DNA of 62,097 bases, counting the filler, from Barthelona sp. PAP020 (lineage: Eukaryota), in assembly GCA_040182905.1 (NCBI GenBank). It is 2 parts of 2 records of this genome, joined end to end, with 100 filler letters (N's around TTAATTAATTAA, not from the genome) between each part and the next. Parts side by side here need not be neighbours in the genome. Positions count along the whole stretch, not along the records: positions 1 to 31,010 come from JARQWU010000109.1; 1 more part is not named here. One strand, given 5' to 3'. The translations under genes and the position numbers were made by a program. Numbering within the stretch: position 1 is the stretch's first letter; each line of letters starts with the position of its first letter. Below, piece by piece: positions 10,652 through 19,860 of this stretch. The notes beneath the pieces were generated by a model. The model made no database searches. It saw only the letters and a program-made list of their open reading frames with translations, and was not told the DNA's origin.

Positions 10652-11038
10652 ATGGGTATTTCCACATTTCTTTTAGATGATATCGAATTGTATTTAAAAT
10701 TTTCTTGTATATTGCACTTTTTTTCTGGAGCGTTAGTATTCGCAACTGCTCTTTCAATTTCTTTTCATTCTATCTTTCTTTACATCTTAGAGTTGTTATT
10801 ATTAGCTCAAGGTGCTCTTATAATCTTTTTTTTGAAACAACAAAAAAAAACAAAAAAACTTCCTATTATTAGTTCGACCATTACTGGACTTCTTTGTGCG
10901 GTGATATTTATTTGTTTTCCATATATTGTTTGGACTGGTGTTCTTTTACTTGTTTTTGTTGTCCCCAATCCAATCTTCATTTGGAAAGAATTCGAATCAG
11001 GTACTTCATCGGAATTAAACGATTTACATATGATTTAA
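10652..11038 (+). CDS. Small hypothetical membrane protein (about 4 TM)
   Basis: 128-aa ATG-initiated ORF with four hydrophobic stretches and a basic loop (KQQKKTKK). Confidence 0.6.
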   Translation: MGISTFLLDDIELYLKFSCILHFFSGALVFATALSISFHSIFLYILELLLLAQGALIIFFLKQQKKTKKLPIISSTITGLLCAVIFICFPYIVWTGVLLLVFVVPNPIFIWKEFESGTSSELNDLHMI

Positions 11039-11370
11039 TTGATTTTTTCCGAAATTATGTTTCTTTTAGTCCCCTTTCAAAACAGATAAAGACTTTGACA
11101 TTTTTGTCCATTTATATAAATATTTTGAGTTTATTTTGTTTTTAATTGATTTTCCATATAAAAAAAAACCAATTTTCTCAACAACGGAAAAATGGAAAAA
11201 CACCAGAACAATTGCCAAATAACTCTTGATTTTTCAATAAATATTCATTTCTTTATTATTTTGATTGAAATAAAGCACTGGGAAACCAAAGAACAAAAAA
11301 AAAAGAAAGAAAAAAAAAAACACTGTTTATTGATAATCTCACCTTTTCGATTGTTTTTTCTCAAAAATAC

Positions 11371-12786
11371 ATGAATATTGAATTGAATTCAGAGGAAAAC
11401 TTGTTGTATACCAATTTAATTCAGCATTTAAATGCTTTTAATGAGGCTGTAATGGCAAAAGATCAGAAAGCTTCAAGTAGAATTTCCAGAACAATCTTTG
11501 GATACAGAAGACAATTAACAGATGGAATTTTGAAATCTTTATATTGTCAATACATCAGTGAAGTGAATGATATTAATTGTAGTTTGGAGGAATTAATGTT
11601 AAATGGTACCATCTGTTATCAAGAGTTAAATCATTATTTATTACCAGTTTTGCAATTAATTTTGCTGTATTTGTATGATAATTACATCGAATTGAAAGTT
11701 GATGAAAATATGATGATGCTTCTATTTGAAAAAATGTTGAAAATTTTTTCATCTTATCAAAGTTTGTGTTTTTATCATTATATATGTTCCAGATATTATT
11801 ATTATTTTAGTTTATTCTTGGAAAAAATTGATGAATTTTCCAAAGAATATGTTCAATTATTCCAACGCCAATTAACTCTTGCAAGGCGTTCCTATGATAG
11901 TTTATCTGTTATGACGCTTATAAATATAATTCTAAGACAATCGGTATTAAAATTGGATTTCTGTAACTCTTTGAAGTTTATTGAGTTGTCTAACATTGAA
12001 AAATACATTGGCAATGATCTCAATCAAGATTGCCGTTTCCATTATTATCATGGAATTATTTTAGCTTATAGTTTACAATACTCTTCATCATTAACTGCTT
12101 TGTTAAATTGTTTGCGAAGAACACCACAACAAGCTGCTGCATTACGCTCATCTGTTGCAAGATTTATTGTTGTCATTAGATTGTTGTTGGGTGAATCTTC
12201 AGAAAGAGGATTCTTTAGGTCAGAATATGGAGACTTATCTGTTTATCTGGAGTTAACAAGAGCTGTTAGAAAAGGTAACATGGAAAAATTCAAGGAAATT
12301 GTGGATGAACATAAGGATGAGTTTGTGACCGACAGAACTGTTTTGTTGATTGAAAAATTACCAGTTGCTGTCAGAAGAATGGCAATGACAAGAATTGCCA
12401 AAGCTTATTCCACAATTTCTCTTCAACAGTTGTGTGATATGTTGGAATTAAAAGATGTTTGTAACACGCTAATGGTGGTTTCAAAGACCATCAGAGATGG
12501 AGTTATTGAAGGAACAATTGACGTAAATGATCAAATTTTGAAAATCGTTGATGAACAGTCTTTGAGTGAAAATCAAATATTACAGATAATTAAAACTCGT
12601 ATTGATCAAGTCTCTAAACTAAGATTTGATTGTATTGAAGCAATGAGATATAAATCTTTTGATTTGGAAAAAATGTTTAAGGAAGCTGAAAAAGATGATG
12701 AACAAAGACGTTTAGATGAAGAAGCAAGAGCTGTTGCCGAAGAAAATGCTCAATCAATGGAACCTTCTCGTAATACTGGATTTTAA
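11371..12786 (+). CDS. RPN3: 26S proteasome regulatory subunit Rpn3/PSMD3
   Basis: NQDCRFHYYHG, LRRTPQ, LLLGE, YLELTRAVRKGN, AYSTISL, SKTIRDGVIEGTID and C-terminal CIEAMRY: a PCI domain with the Rpn3 C-terminus. Confidence 0.9.
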   Translation: MNIELNSEENLLYTNLIQHLNAFNEAVMAKDQKASSRISRTIFGYRRQLTDGILKSLYCQYISEVNDINCSLEELMLNGTICYQELNHYLLPVLQLILLYLYDNYIELKVDENMMMLLFEKMLKIFSSYQSLCFYHYICSRYYYYFSLFLEKIDEFSKEYVQLFQRQLTLARRSYDSLSVMTLINIILRQSVLKLDFCNSLKFIELSNIEKYIGNDLNQDCRFHYYHGIILAYSLQYSSSLTALLNCLRRTPQQAAALRSSVARFIVVIRLLLGESSERGFFRSEYGDLSVYLELTRAVRKGNMEKFKEIVDEHKDEFVTDRTVLLIEKLPVAVRRMAMTRIAKAYSTISLQQLCDMLELKDVCNTLMVVSKTIRDGVIEGTIDVNDQILKIVDEQSLSENQILQIIKTRIDQVSKLRFDCIEAMRYKSFDLEKMFKEAEKDDEQRRLDEEARAVAEENAQSMEPSRNTGF

Positions 12787-12933
12787 TTTTCTGTTTTGAA
12801 GGTGTTATTTTTTTCTTTGTAAATGTTTGTTATTTGTTTTTGTTATTTTTATTATCCTTCTTTTTGCATATTTCATTGAATAAATGACAAATGTACCAGA
12901 ATAGGAACAGAAGGAATTTTTTTTATTTGTACC

Positions 12934-13929
12934 ATGATCCCAAAATTAGTCATTGCTTTTTCCGGCCCCATTGAATTACATAATTTGTTATCAGAACTTG
13001 GATCACAGTTTTGTGCTACTCAAGTATTTGAAAAGGAATCTGATCCTCAAATATTCTTACAATCGCTATCCGAAGCTGATTTTGCGATAATTGATGGTGA
13101 TCTCTTTGATATAGATATTTATATTGAAGCTGTTGAAAAATCAACGACATTGAAATTTATTCAATCTCCTTGGGCTGGTATTCAACCATTTGTGAAGATT
13201 TTAGAAAATAGAAAAGACATTATTTTATGTAATAATCACACAAATAGTCTTCATGTGAGTCAACATGCAATTTCCATGATGTTTTCATTATTCTATGGTA
13301 CTGTATTGCCTTTTTCCGTAATTCCTCATGATAAAACTTTAAATAATATGAATTTAAGGATTGGAATGATGGGAACTGGAGCAATTGCAATGAAAACTTG
13401 TGAATTCCTAGAGCCATTTTCTTTTGAAATTATTGGTCTTCGAAGAACAAAAAAAAACATTGATAATTACGCTGAAGTGTATGATTTTACTGAAATAGAT
13501 ATATTTCTGAGCAAGTGTGATGTTTTGATTGTGTCTTTGCCTGATACTGATTTGACAAGGAATTTATTGGGCAAGGAACGTTTGGAAACATTTAGCGCTA
13601 ACTCTCGTTTAGGTGGTGTCATTGTATCTGTTGGAAGGTCTGCGGTTTTTGATGAAGATGACTTGTACAGCATATTGAAGGATAAAAAATTAAAAGCTTT
13701 TGCTTCAGATGTTTGGTGGAGAGAAAATGACTTGAAGACATTTGATAACGGAAAAGAATACCCTTACAATCTACCATTTCATTTGTTGGATAATGTTCTG
13801 TTTTCTCCACACAGAGCTGATAGTCCCACTTTTGATTTATCTTTATTTAGTCCTACCGTTGATAATATTGAAGCTTTTTTCAAAGGTGAAGAATATCTAT
13901 GGGAAGTGAATCCCGAGAATGGATATTGA
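12934..13929 (+). CDS. D-isomer-specific 2-hydroxyacid dehydrogenase
   Basis: QSPWAG, Rossmann motif GMMGTGAIA, SLPDTDLTRNLL, VGRSAVFDE, SDVWW and catalytic SPH. Confidence 0.88.
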   Translation: MIPKLVIAFSGPIELHNLLSELGSQFCATQVFEKESDPQIFLQSLSEADFAIIDGDLFDIDIYIEAVEKSTTLKFIQSPWAGIQPFVKILENRKDIILCNNHTNSLHVSQHAISMMFSLFYGTVLPFSVIPHDKTLNNMNLRIGMMGTGAIAMKTCEFLEPFSFEIIGLRRTKKNIDNYAEVYDFTEIDIFLSKCDVLIVSLPDTDLTRNLLGKERLETFSANSRLGGVIVSVGRSAVFDEDDLYSILKDKKLKAFASDVWWRENDLKTFDNGKEYPYNLPFHLLDNVLFSPHRADSPTFDLSLFSPTVDNIEAFFKGEEYLWEVNPENGY

Positions 13930-14111
13930 TCCATCTTGTAAATTATTTATTTGTTTATTCTTTTTTGCAATTTCCAAATTTTAATGTGTCGATTCTTTAA
14001 ACAGAGAGTAAATGGTGATGATCTTTTTATCATTTTATTTGACATGTATGAAAAGACGAAATTAAAAAAAAAGAAACACCAACTTTTACTCTAGACTACT
14101 CAAAAACAAAT

Positions 14112-14711
14112 TTAAAAATCGAACACATCCTCATTATTGACTTCAGGTTCTACTTCTTCTTCCTCATTTTCCGAATCTTCTTCAGAATCAGAAGACTCAT
14201 CTTCATCTTCACTTTCTTCTTCTTCATCTTCCAAATCAGACAATTCCAAATCAGATGGGGGCAAATCGTAATTACGCACTATTTCCCCATCAGATTCACT
14301 TTCTTCATCATCTTCGTTTTCATCATCGATAAAAGTAATGTATTGAGCTTGAGCACTGTTTGAAAAACTATTTTCTTCATCACGGAAATCAGAAGTAATT
14401 TCTCCTTTACGACGTAATTCACGAACTTCAGTGATATGAAATTTGTGAATAACGTCATACTGATCTGCTTCAAATTCTCGTTCAGAAATTAAAATAACAT
14501 CACCAACATTAATACGTTCACGTTTTCTCATTTTTCCACGAATATGACATTGACGTTTTGAATTGTCCTCTGTAATGGCTTGAATTCTTCCATGTCCAAA
14601 TATCTTTGTAACTTTAGCGTATTGTTGAAGTTCATCAGCAGTGACAAGCTCACGCTGATAAGGACCTCTTTTTCTACGTTTTCTCTTGAAACCGGTTTTT
14701 TTTCCAGGCAT
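14112..14711 (-). CDS. eIF1A: Translation initiation factor eIF1A with a long acidic C-terminal tail; ATG at 14711
   Basis: QQYAKVTKIFGHGR, RQCHIRGKMRKR and INVGDVILISEREFE match eIF1A; basic N-tail and Asp/Glu-rich C-tail. Confidence 0.9.
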   Translation of the reverse strand: MPGKKTGFKRKRRKRGPYQRELVTADELQQYAKVTKIFGHGRIQAITEDNSKRQCHIRGKMRKRERINVGDVILISEREFEADQYDVIHKFHITEVRELRRKGEITSDFRDEENSFSNSAQAQYITFIDDENEDDEESESDGEIVRNYDLPPSDLELSDLEDEEEESEDEDESSDSEEDSENEEEEVEPEVNNEDVFDF

Positions 14712-14839
14712 AAAAAAGATAAATAAGATATTTGTTAAAAACATTTTTAATTTTCAAATTTTCAATTTATTTAATGATATATTATGATTGAACGAATTAT
14801 CAGGATCGTGTAAAAGAAATTATAAAATAAATAAATAAT

Positions 14840-14930
14840 CCTTTGGAAATCCTTTAATATAGTGAACCCGGGAGCTTCCTTAAACTACAAGATCAAGTTA
14901 AAGGCGACTCAAAATGAAGATTCCATATGG
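14840..14930 (-). other. Candidate structured RNA element about 130 nt upstream of the eIF1A start
   Basis: Minus-strand nested stems UGGAA/UUCCA, CCUUUAA/UUAAAGG and UGUAGU/ACUAUA (G-U) enclose UUAA-GGA-AGC-UCC-CGGG-UUC. Confidence 0.25.
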
Positions 14931-15003
14931 TTTTTTAATTTGTGAAATAAAATAAAAAGATTTTTTCAAAACTTGATCAAAAAATTCAATTTTTTTCCAA
15001 TCT

Positions 15004-15216
15004 CGACCTTGGAGATTTGTGAGAAAAAAAATTTCTTAACGTAATTTTATTGTCCAATCAAACGCCAAGCTTGTCACACTCGTACTTGAGATGACTATGT
15101 CTTTCTATGACAGTTACTTGTTGAATGAGTAGTTTGAAATAAGTCACGACTACAGTGGGAGAATAGTTTTTAAGGAGTTTTCATACTTCTACACATTATT
15201 CTCACAATCCGGGTCG
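15004..15216 (+). ncRNA. Candidate ~213-nt multi-hairpin non-coding RNA, family unknown
   Basis: End-to-end pairing (CGACCU/GGGUCG, GGA/UCC, UUGUGAGAA/UUCUCACAA) encloses hairpins at 15073-15095, 15098-15112, 15114-15132 and 15173-15190, three with + strand G-U pairs. It is more GC-rich than its flanks and has no ORF. Confidence 0.4.
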
Positions 15217-15379
15217 TAATAATTAAATCTTCAATCATAATTTTATAAAAAAATCAGTTTGAAATCATCTAAAAAAAAAACTTAACTCTATGATCAAAAA
15301 CACAATAAAACAGAGAAAATGCTATTTAATGTGATACACATGTTGAATCTCTGGTTTTAATCAAATGATTTCAAGACAA

Positions 15380-16224
15380 TCCGTTTTGACCTGTAAAAAA
15401 ATATAATGGAAGATATTTCAAACAGATTCATTATAAAACACATGTATGATCCACACATGTGAAAGAAATTGAAAAGCAAGGTTTACTCGGAAAGTCTAGC
15501 ACATGTCAACAAGTTTTAGTTTTCCAATTTAACCTCCAATGTGTAAACAACCGATTCATATCAATGGCTCATTTCGAAATTCTTGGATTTAATCCCTAAA
15601 TTTCATCCATTTCGTCATTTAAGCATTCCTGACATCTTTTTTGATGACTTAATCCTATTTAAAGATATGTCACTGTGTTAAATTCCAAAAAATGTTCAAA
15701 ATCTTGTGATCAACATGGGTCCTATGGTTTAATAGTGATATGAGTATAAGAATAAAGTTAACCACTTATGTTTTCCACCTTAAGACTTAACCAATTGTTT
15801 AACCTTTTGGTTCTTATCAATATGGTTCTGTAAGTCTCCATGTTCAGCATCTTGAGGGAAGCTGCCTGCTTCGACCGTTCCACAAGGCGAAAAGAGCACA
15901 TATTCAAGACTCATTGGCCCTTCCTTTACTGAAGCAAACCTCTTCATTCCTCGCCCTTCCGAAGTGTTGAAGACTTACCAATTTTGCTCATTGCAATTTC
16001 AGGTTCTTTTCACACTTATTCTTGCAAATGCTTCATCTTTTGCTTGAGCTGCCAATTAGCTATGGGTTTTTAGAAATATTTAGCTTCAGGTGCTGTTTAT
16101 CACCCATTTTAGCATAAATCTTAAGCTGTCTGACTCTTGGCTCTTTTCCACATTACAAGTGCTTAACCGCTAAGTGGGGAAGTTCCTCAGAGTAATTGGA
16201 ATTTTCAATTACAAATGTTCCCAT
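15380..16224 (-). pseudogene. Decayed coding-like sequence (pseudogene or mobile-element relic)
   Basis: From ATG 16224: MGTFVIENSNYSEELPHLAVKHL*CGKEPRVRQLKIYAKMGDKQHLKLNISKNP*; in another frame GMKRFASVKEGPMSLEYVLFSPCGTVEAGSFPQDAEHGDLQNHIDKNQKVKQLVKS*. Coding-like composition but many stops and shifts. Confidence 0.4.
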
Positions 16225-16359
16225 CTATCTTAAACTTCGAAGATAATAGATTAAAATAACAATTAAAGGCCTTTTAAATTTATGAAATTGCTTGTTTTGA
16301 AAAGAACTTTTGAAAATTCTGATCATTTTGGTCTTTATCTTCTGAACATTTGTTTTTGG

Positions 16360-16818
16360 TCATATTATTGGATTTCCATTTTTGTCATAGCATTTTTCTA
16401 ATTCTTTTCTGAGGTCTCTCCCAAAAGCTGGTGTGAAATTGTGGTTTTTCACAAATTTTGCTTGAAGCCTGGCTCTATGAGTTTCACCAACGTTTAGTGT
16501 ACCTCCCTTTTCAATAGCCGCATCTTGCTTCACATGAGTTTTTCTGTTGGTTTCTTTCTTTACCATTCTCATATTTTCATGACTATTAATAATATCAACA
16601 TTCTTTTTGGAAATTGGTCCACGCAAGTGACTTTGAATTCTTTCACATTGAGCAACACTAATTAAATGAGCTGCTTCTTTTTCTGCCTTTTGTTTGGAAG
16701 TTGACTTGTCCCTTTTTGTTTTTTGTGCATAAGAGTTCCTGAAAGATAGTTTTTTCTCTTTTTTTTGAGCATTGGAGTTGCTTGAAGATGATGATTGTTT
16801 TTTTTTTTGAGTTGGCAT
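16360..16818 (-). CDS. Hypothetical basic protein, 152 aa
   Basis: ATG-initiated Lys/Ser-rich ORF in tandem downstream of CFAP100; no family recognised. Confidence 0.65.
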   Translation of the reverse strand: MPTQKKKQSSSSSNSNAQKKEKKLSFRNSYAQKTKRDKSTSKQKAEKEAAHLISVAQCERIQSHLRGPISKKNVDIINSHENMRMVKKETNRKTHVKQDAAIEKGGTLNVGETHRARLQAKFVKNHNFTPAFGRDLRKELEKCYDKNGNPII

Positions 16819-16918
16819 TTGAAAGAAGAATGTAAGTAAAGAAATATAAATTTATCAAAATAAAAATTCCCCAAAACACACAATAGATAAAAAGAAAAGA
16901 GAATACAAGTCCATAAAT

Positions 16919-18352
16919 TTATACAAAGAAATCAGCATAGGGATCTTCTTTAGAATTGTCATCAACAGCAACTTTTTGACTGTTATCAGATTTCTTATCT
17001 TGAGGTTTTAAATATGATCTGTACATCACTCTGGTGAATTGTCTGGGAGGTTCCTGAGCTCTTTCTAAAACTCTTTGATTGCGAACTTCTCTTTCTATTC
17101 TGCTTTTTTCTTGAGATTCTTTTCTTTGATGTTCTCTTCTCTGATGCTCTTTCATTTTTTGTGCCATTTTTAAATATTCATCAGGTATTTTATCCAAATC
17201 TTTTAATAACATATCTAACATAGATTCAATCTCTGATAATAACTGCAAAGGATCTGTTGAAGTAGAGTGCCCATCAACAACATCTCGATGCAATTTCTGA
17301 ATCTTTTCATTTATAGCTAAAGAGGATTTAACCTGAACATCTGTTTTTTCAGTTGATTCAAGTCGATTCTTAAGTTCTTTTCTCTTCCTATTTTCTTGAT
17401 CAATTTGTTCAGTTAACGAATTTACCTGGGAATCCAATGTCTGCTTTTTACTTTCTAGCCTTTCTTCTGTTAATTTATACGTTTGTCGAAGTGCTTCCAA
17501 TTCAGCTTCTTTCTCTTGAACATTTTGAATCAAGAATAAATTTCTTTCTTCTAAATCCCTGAAGAGAACCAATAATTGTTGAGGCTCCGTGAAATAAAGA
17601 GGAATTTCATCCAAATATTCTTCTGGAATAGGCTTATCCTCCGAAATTTTATATTTTTGGCGGATTTTTAGATGTTGTTGTCTCAACCAATCCTTGGGTA
17701 CCAAGTTATCTAAAAACTTTTTAATGGATAAATTATCTTCCAATTGTTCCTCCAATTTAGTCTTCTCAGCCATTCTTCGAGTCAATTTGGTTGACAACTT
17801 TTTGTACTGAACAACATTTTCTGAACGTTTTCTAAATAGGTCTTCTGCCTCAGTAATTGATTTTACAGCGTTTTCATCAGCTTGAGCAACATTATTCTCA
17901 TAAATTTGTCTGGAATCCTCAAAAATTCCTCTTTCTTGTTTTAATCTTAATCGCCTATCCTTTATTTCTTTATCAAGTCTATCAATTTCTTGTTTTTTAA
18001 TATTTAAACTCAATTGCAAAAAAAACATTTCCCGTTTTCTGTCAATAAATGTTCTTAAGTCTTCATTTTCAACACCTTTAGCAACAGTAGCAACAACTTC
18101 ATCAGCCAAAACTCTCAAACGCTTTTCTTCCTCTTTTTTGGTTTCAACCTCACTTAATTTGGTATCTGATTTTGGTATAACAGGTACACTATTTCTGCTT
18201 ACCCTCGAATTATGAGTGTCTTTTTTCCATATTGGTAATTTTGAATTATTCAATCTTTCTTCAGCTTTTCGTTTTTGTTCTTTGTCTCTGTATTCAAAAA
18301 TTTCTTCCGGTTTCGGCATCCGGAAAGGATTATCAAAATCAAGCTCACTCAT
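16919..18352 (-). CDS. CFAP100: Cilia- and flagella-associated protein 100 (CCDC37/38, MIA1; DUF4200)
   Basis: FIDRKREMFFLQLSLNIKKQEIDRL and PLYFTEPQQLL...LEERNLFLIQN motifs, coiled coil, C-terminal MYRS and FF. Confidence 0.85.
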   Translation of the reverse strand: MSELDFDNPFRMPKPEEIFEYRDKEQKRKAEERLNNSKLPIWKKDTHNSRVSRNSVPVIPKSDTKLSEVETKKEEEKRLRVLADEVVATVAKGVENEDLRTFIDRKREMFFLQLSLNIKKQEIDRLDKEIKDRRLRLKQERGIFEDSRQIYENNVAQADENAVKSITEAEDLFRKRSENVVQYKKLSTKLTRRMAEKTKLEEQLEDNLSIKKFLDNLVPKDWLRQQHLKIRQKYKISEDKPIPEEYLDEIPLYFTEPQQLLVLFRDLEERNLFLIQNVQEKEAELEALRQTYKLTEERLESKKQTLDSQVNSLTEQIDQENRKRKELKNRLESTEKTDVQVKSSLAINEKIQKLHRDVVDGHSTSTDPLQLLSEIESMLDMLLKDLDKIPDEYLKMAQKMKEHQRREHQRKESQEKSRIEREVRNQRVLERAQEPPRQFTRVMYRSYLKPQDKKSDNSQKVAVDDNSKEDPYADFFV

Positions 18353-18521
18353 TTAATAAATTGAATCAAAAAGGGTTTGAATTTTTTTTTTTCAAATCCC
18401 AACACTTCATCAAAATTCTTTTTCATTGAATTAAAATTAGAAACTTTGAAATTCTTTAAATAAAATCAAGGTTAGAATAAAAAATAATCACGAACTAGGA
18501 TCTTTATTTATTTCGAATCGC

Positions 18522-19045
18522 TTAGGCTTCCATAACTTCAGTAGCACGAGGAACAGATTCAACCTTTTCAATTAAACTCATTTCAATGTGACAAGGATGA
18601 GAAAGGTTGGGAGTAATACGACCATGAGCACGATAATCATGACGACGACCCTTACGGGCAGCATTTACTTGAATGTGTTCAATAACAAGAGTATTGGGGT
18701 CTTTGTTTTGATGCTTGGCATTACCTTCACAATTTTTAAGCAAGTTAAGAAGATAGTGACAAGATTTTTCAGGCCAACGACCAGTAGATAAGTTATAAAC
18801 CTTAGCTTGAGCGTTACGACCAACACCACGGTTGAAACGACGGAAAGGAACACAACGCTTATGATCAATAACATCTTGTAAATATTTCATGGCGGCAGGA
18901 AGAGTCATTCCTTTAATAGTCTTGGCAGTTTCGCGAGTGTTCTTAAAAGAGCACTTGACATTATCTTGGCGTGCCTTAATGCCTGAATATTAGTTAACAT
19001 TTTCTCAATATACGTACAGTTGGTAATATTACGAGCGTATACCAT
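18522..19045 (-). CDS. RPL17: 60S ribosomal protein L17 (uL22); 2 exons (19045-19018, 18982-18522)
   Basis: The spliced N-terminus [35 protein letters not shown] joins [29 protein letters not shown] and PCHIE. Confidence 0.95.
18983..19017 (-). other. 35-nt spliceosomal intron in RPL17
   Basis: GTACGTATATTGAGAAAATGTTAACTAATATTCAG: GTACGT donor, ACTAAT branch point, CAG acceptor; removal puts the upstream ATG in frame with the conserved FKNTRETA segment. Confidence 0.9.
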
Positions 19046-19152
19046 TATAGATCCCAGAAACAAGAGTGAAACAAAAAATAAAATTTTTTTTTCCACATAA
19101 AGTTTTGTAACTTTTTTTTCAATTTTTTTGCCTCATTCATGTCAACTTTCTG

Positions 19153-19860
19153 ATGTCCCGTTATGAAAGACAACTATTATTGGATGATTTTAATGAATCA
19201 GATCAAACAAAAATTTATAATTCTTCAGTTTTAATTGTTGGTGCTGGGGGTTTGGGCTCTGCTTTATTGCCTTTGTTGGTTGGCATGGGTGTTGGTAAGC
19301 TCTATATATTTGATTTTGACGTTGTATCTATTTCAAACTTACATCGACAGTTGTTATATCGAGAGATTGATGAAAATAAATTTAAAGTCGAAATTGCTGT
19401 TGACAGTTTGAGAAAATTAAATAGGGATTGTGAAATTTATGGATTTACTGAGCATTTTAGTGAAGAGAGATTCCATTCTATTTCAAAAATTGATTTATTA
19501 GTCAGTTGTGTTGACAATCATGATGCAAGAGCTCTTTTGAATTCAATATCTTTAAAAAATAAGATTCCTTTTCTTGATGGATCTGTTAAGGGATATCAAG
19601 GACTTGTCACTCTGTTCAATTTAAAACCCACTTCTCCTTGTTATATGTGTGTTGGTACACCAACTAAAGGGACTGTTCCCGCAATATTTCCGCCTATCGT
19701 ATCAATCATTGGTTCAGTTCAAGCAAAATGTTGTATTGATTACTTAATTGGCAAAGAAATTGATGATAGCAGTGTTTTTGTTGATATTAAAAATGGATTT
19801 GTGTCTCGTAAATTCAACAGAGGAAAAAATAAAAAATGTGAATGTTGTAATTGTGAATAA
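19153..19860 (+). CDS. ThiF/MoeB/Uba4-type adenylyltransferase without a rhodanese domain
   Basis: RYERQ, VGAGGLG, DFDVVSISNLHRQ, CVDNHDAR and two Zn-binding CxxC motifs (CYMC, CECC). Confidence 0.88.
   Translation: MSRYERQLLLDDFNESDQTKIYNSSVLIVGAGGLGSALLPLLVGMGVGKLYIFDFDVVSISNLHRQLLYREIDENKFKVEIAVDSLRKLNRDCEIYGFTEHFSEERFHSISKIDLLVSCVDNHDARALLNSISLKNKIPFLDGSVKGYQGLVTLFNLKPTSPCYMCVGTPTKGTVPAIFPPIVSIIGSVQAKCCIDYLIGKEIDDSSVFVDIKNGFVSRKFNRGKNKKCECCNCE

Noticed and set aside
14886..14905. AAGATCAAGT match to U2 snRNA (and AACUUGAUCUUG match to fungal TPP riboswitches on the other strand)
   Set aside because: Not followed by the U2 branch-recognition GUAGUA; no UGAGA or P2/P3 arm for TPP.
15080..15170. 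U3 box A'/A-like (CGUACUU...UUUCUAU) and group I intron P7-like (GACUA...UAGUU) resemblances
   Set aside because: No U3 boxes C', B, C or D downstream, and too little sequence between the P7-like strands for P3/P8.
15308..15335. ACAGAGA box suggesting U6 snRNA
   Set aside because: No AGC triad or internal stem-loop at the required spacing; the context is A-rich.
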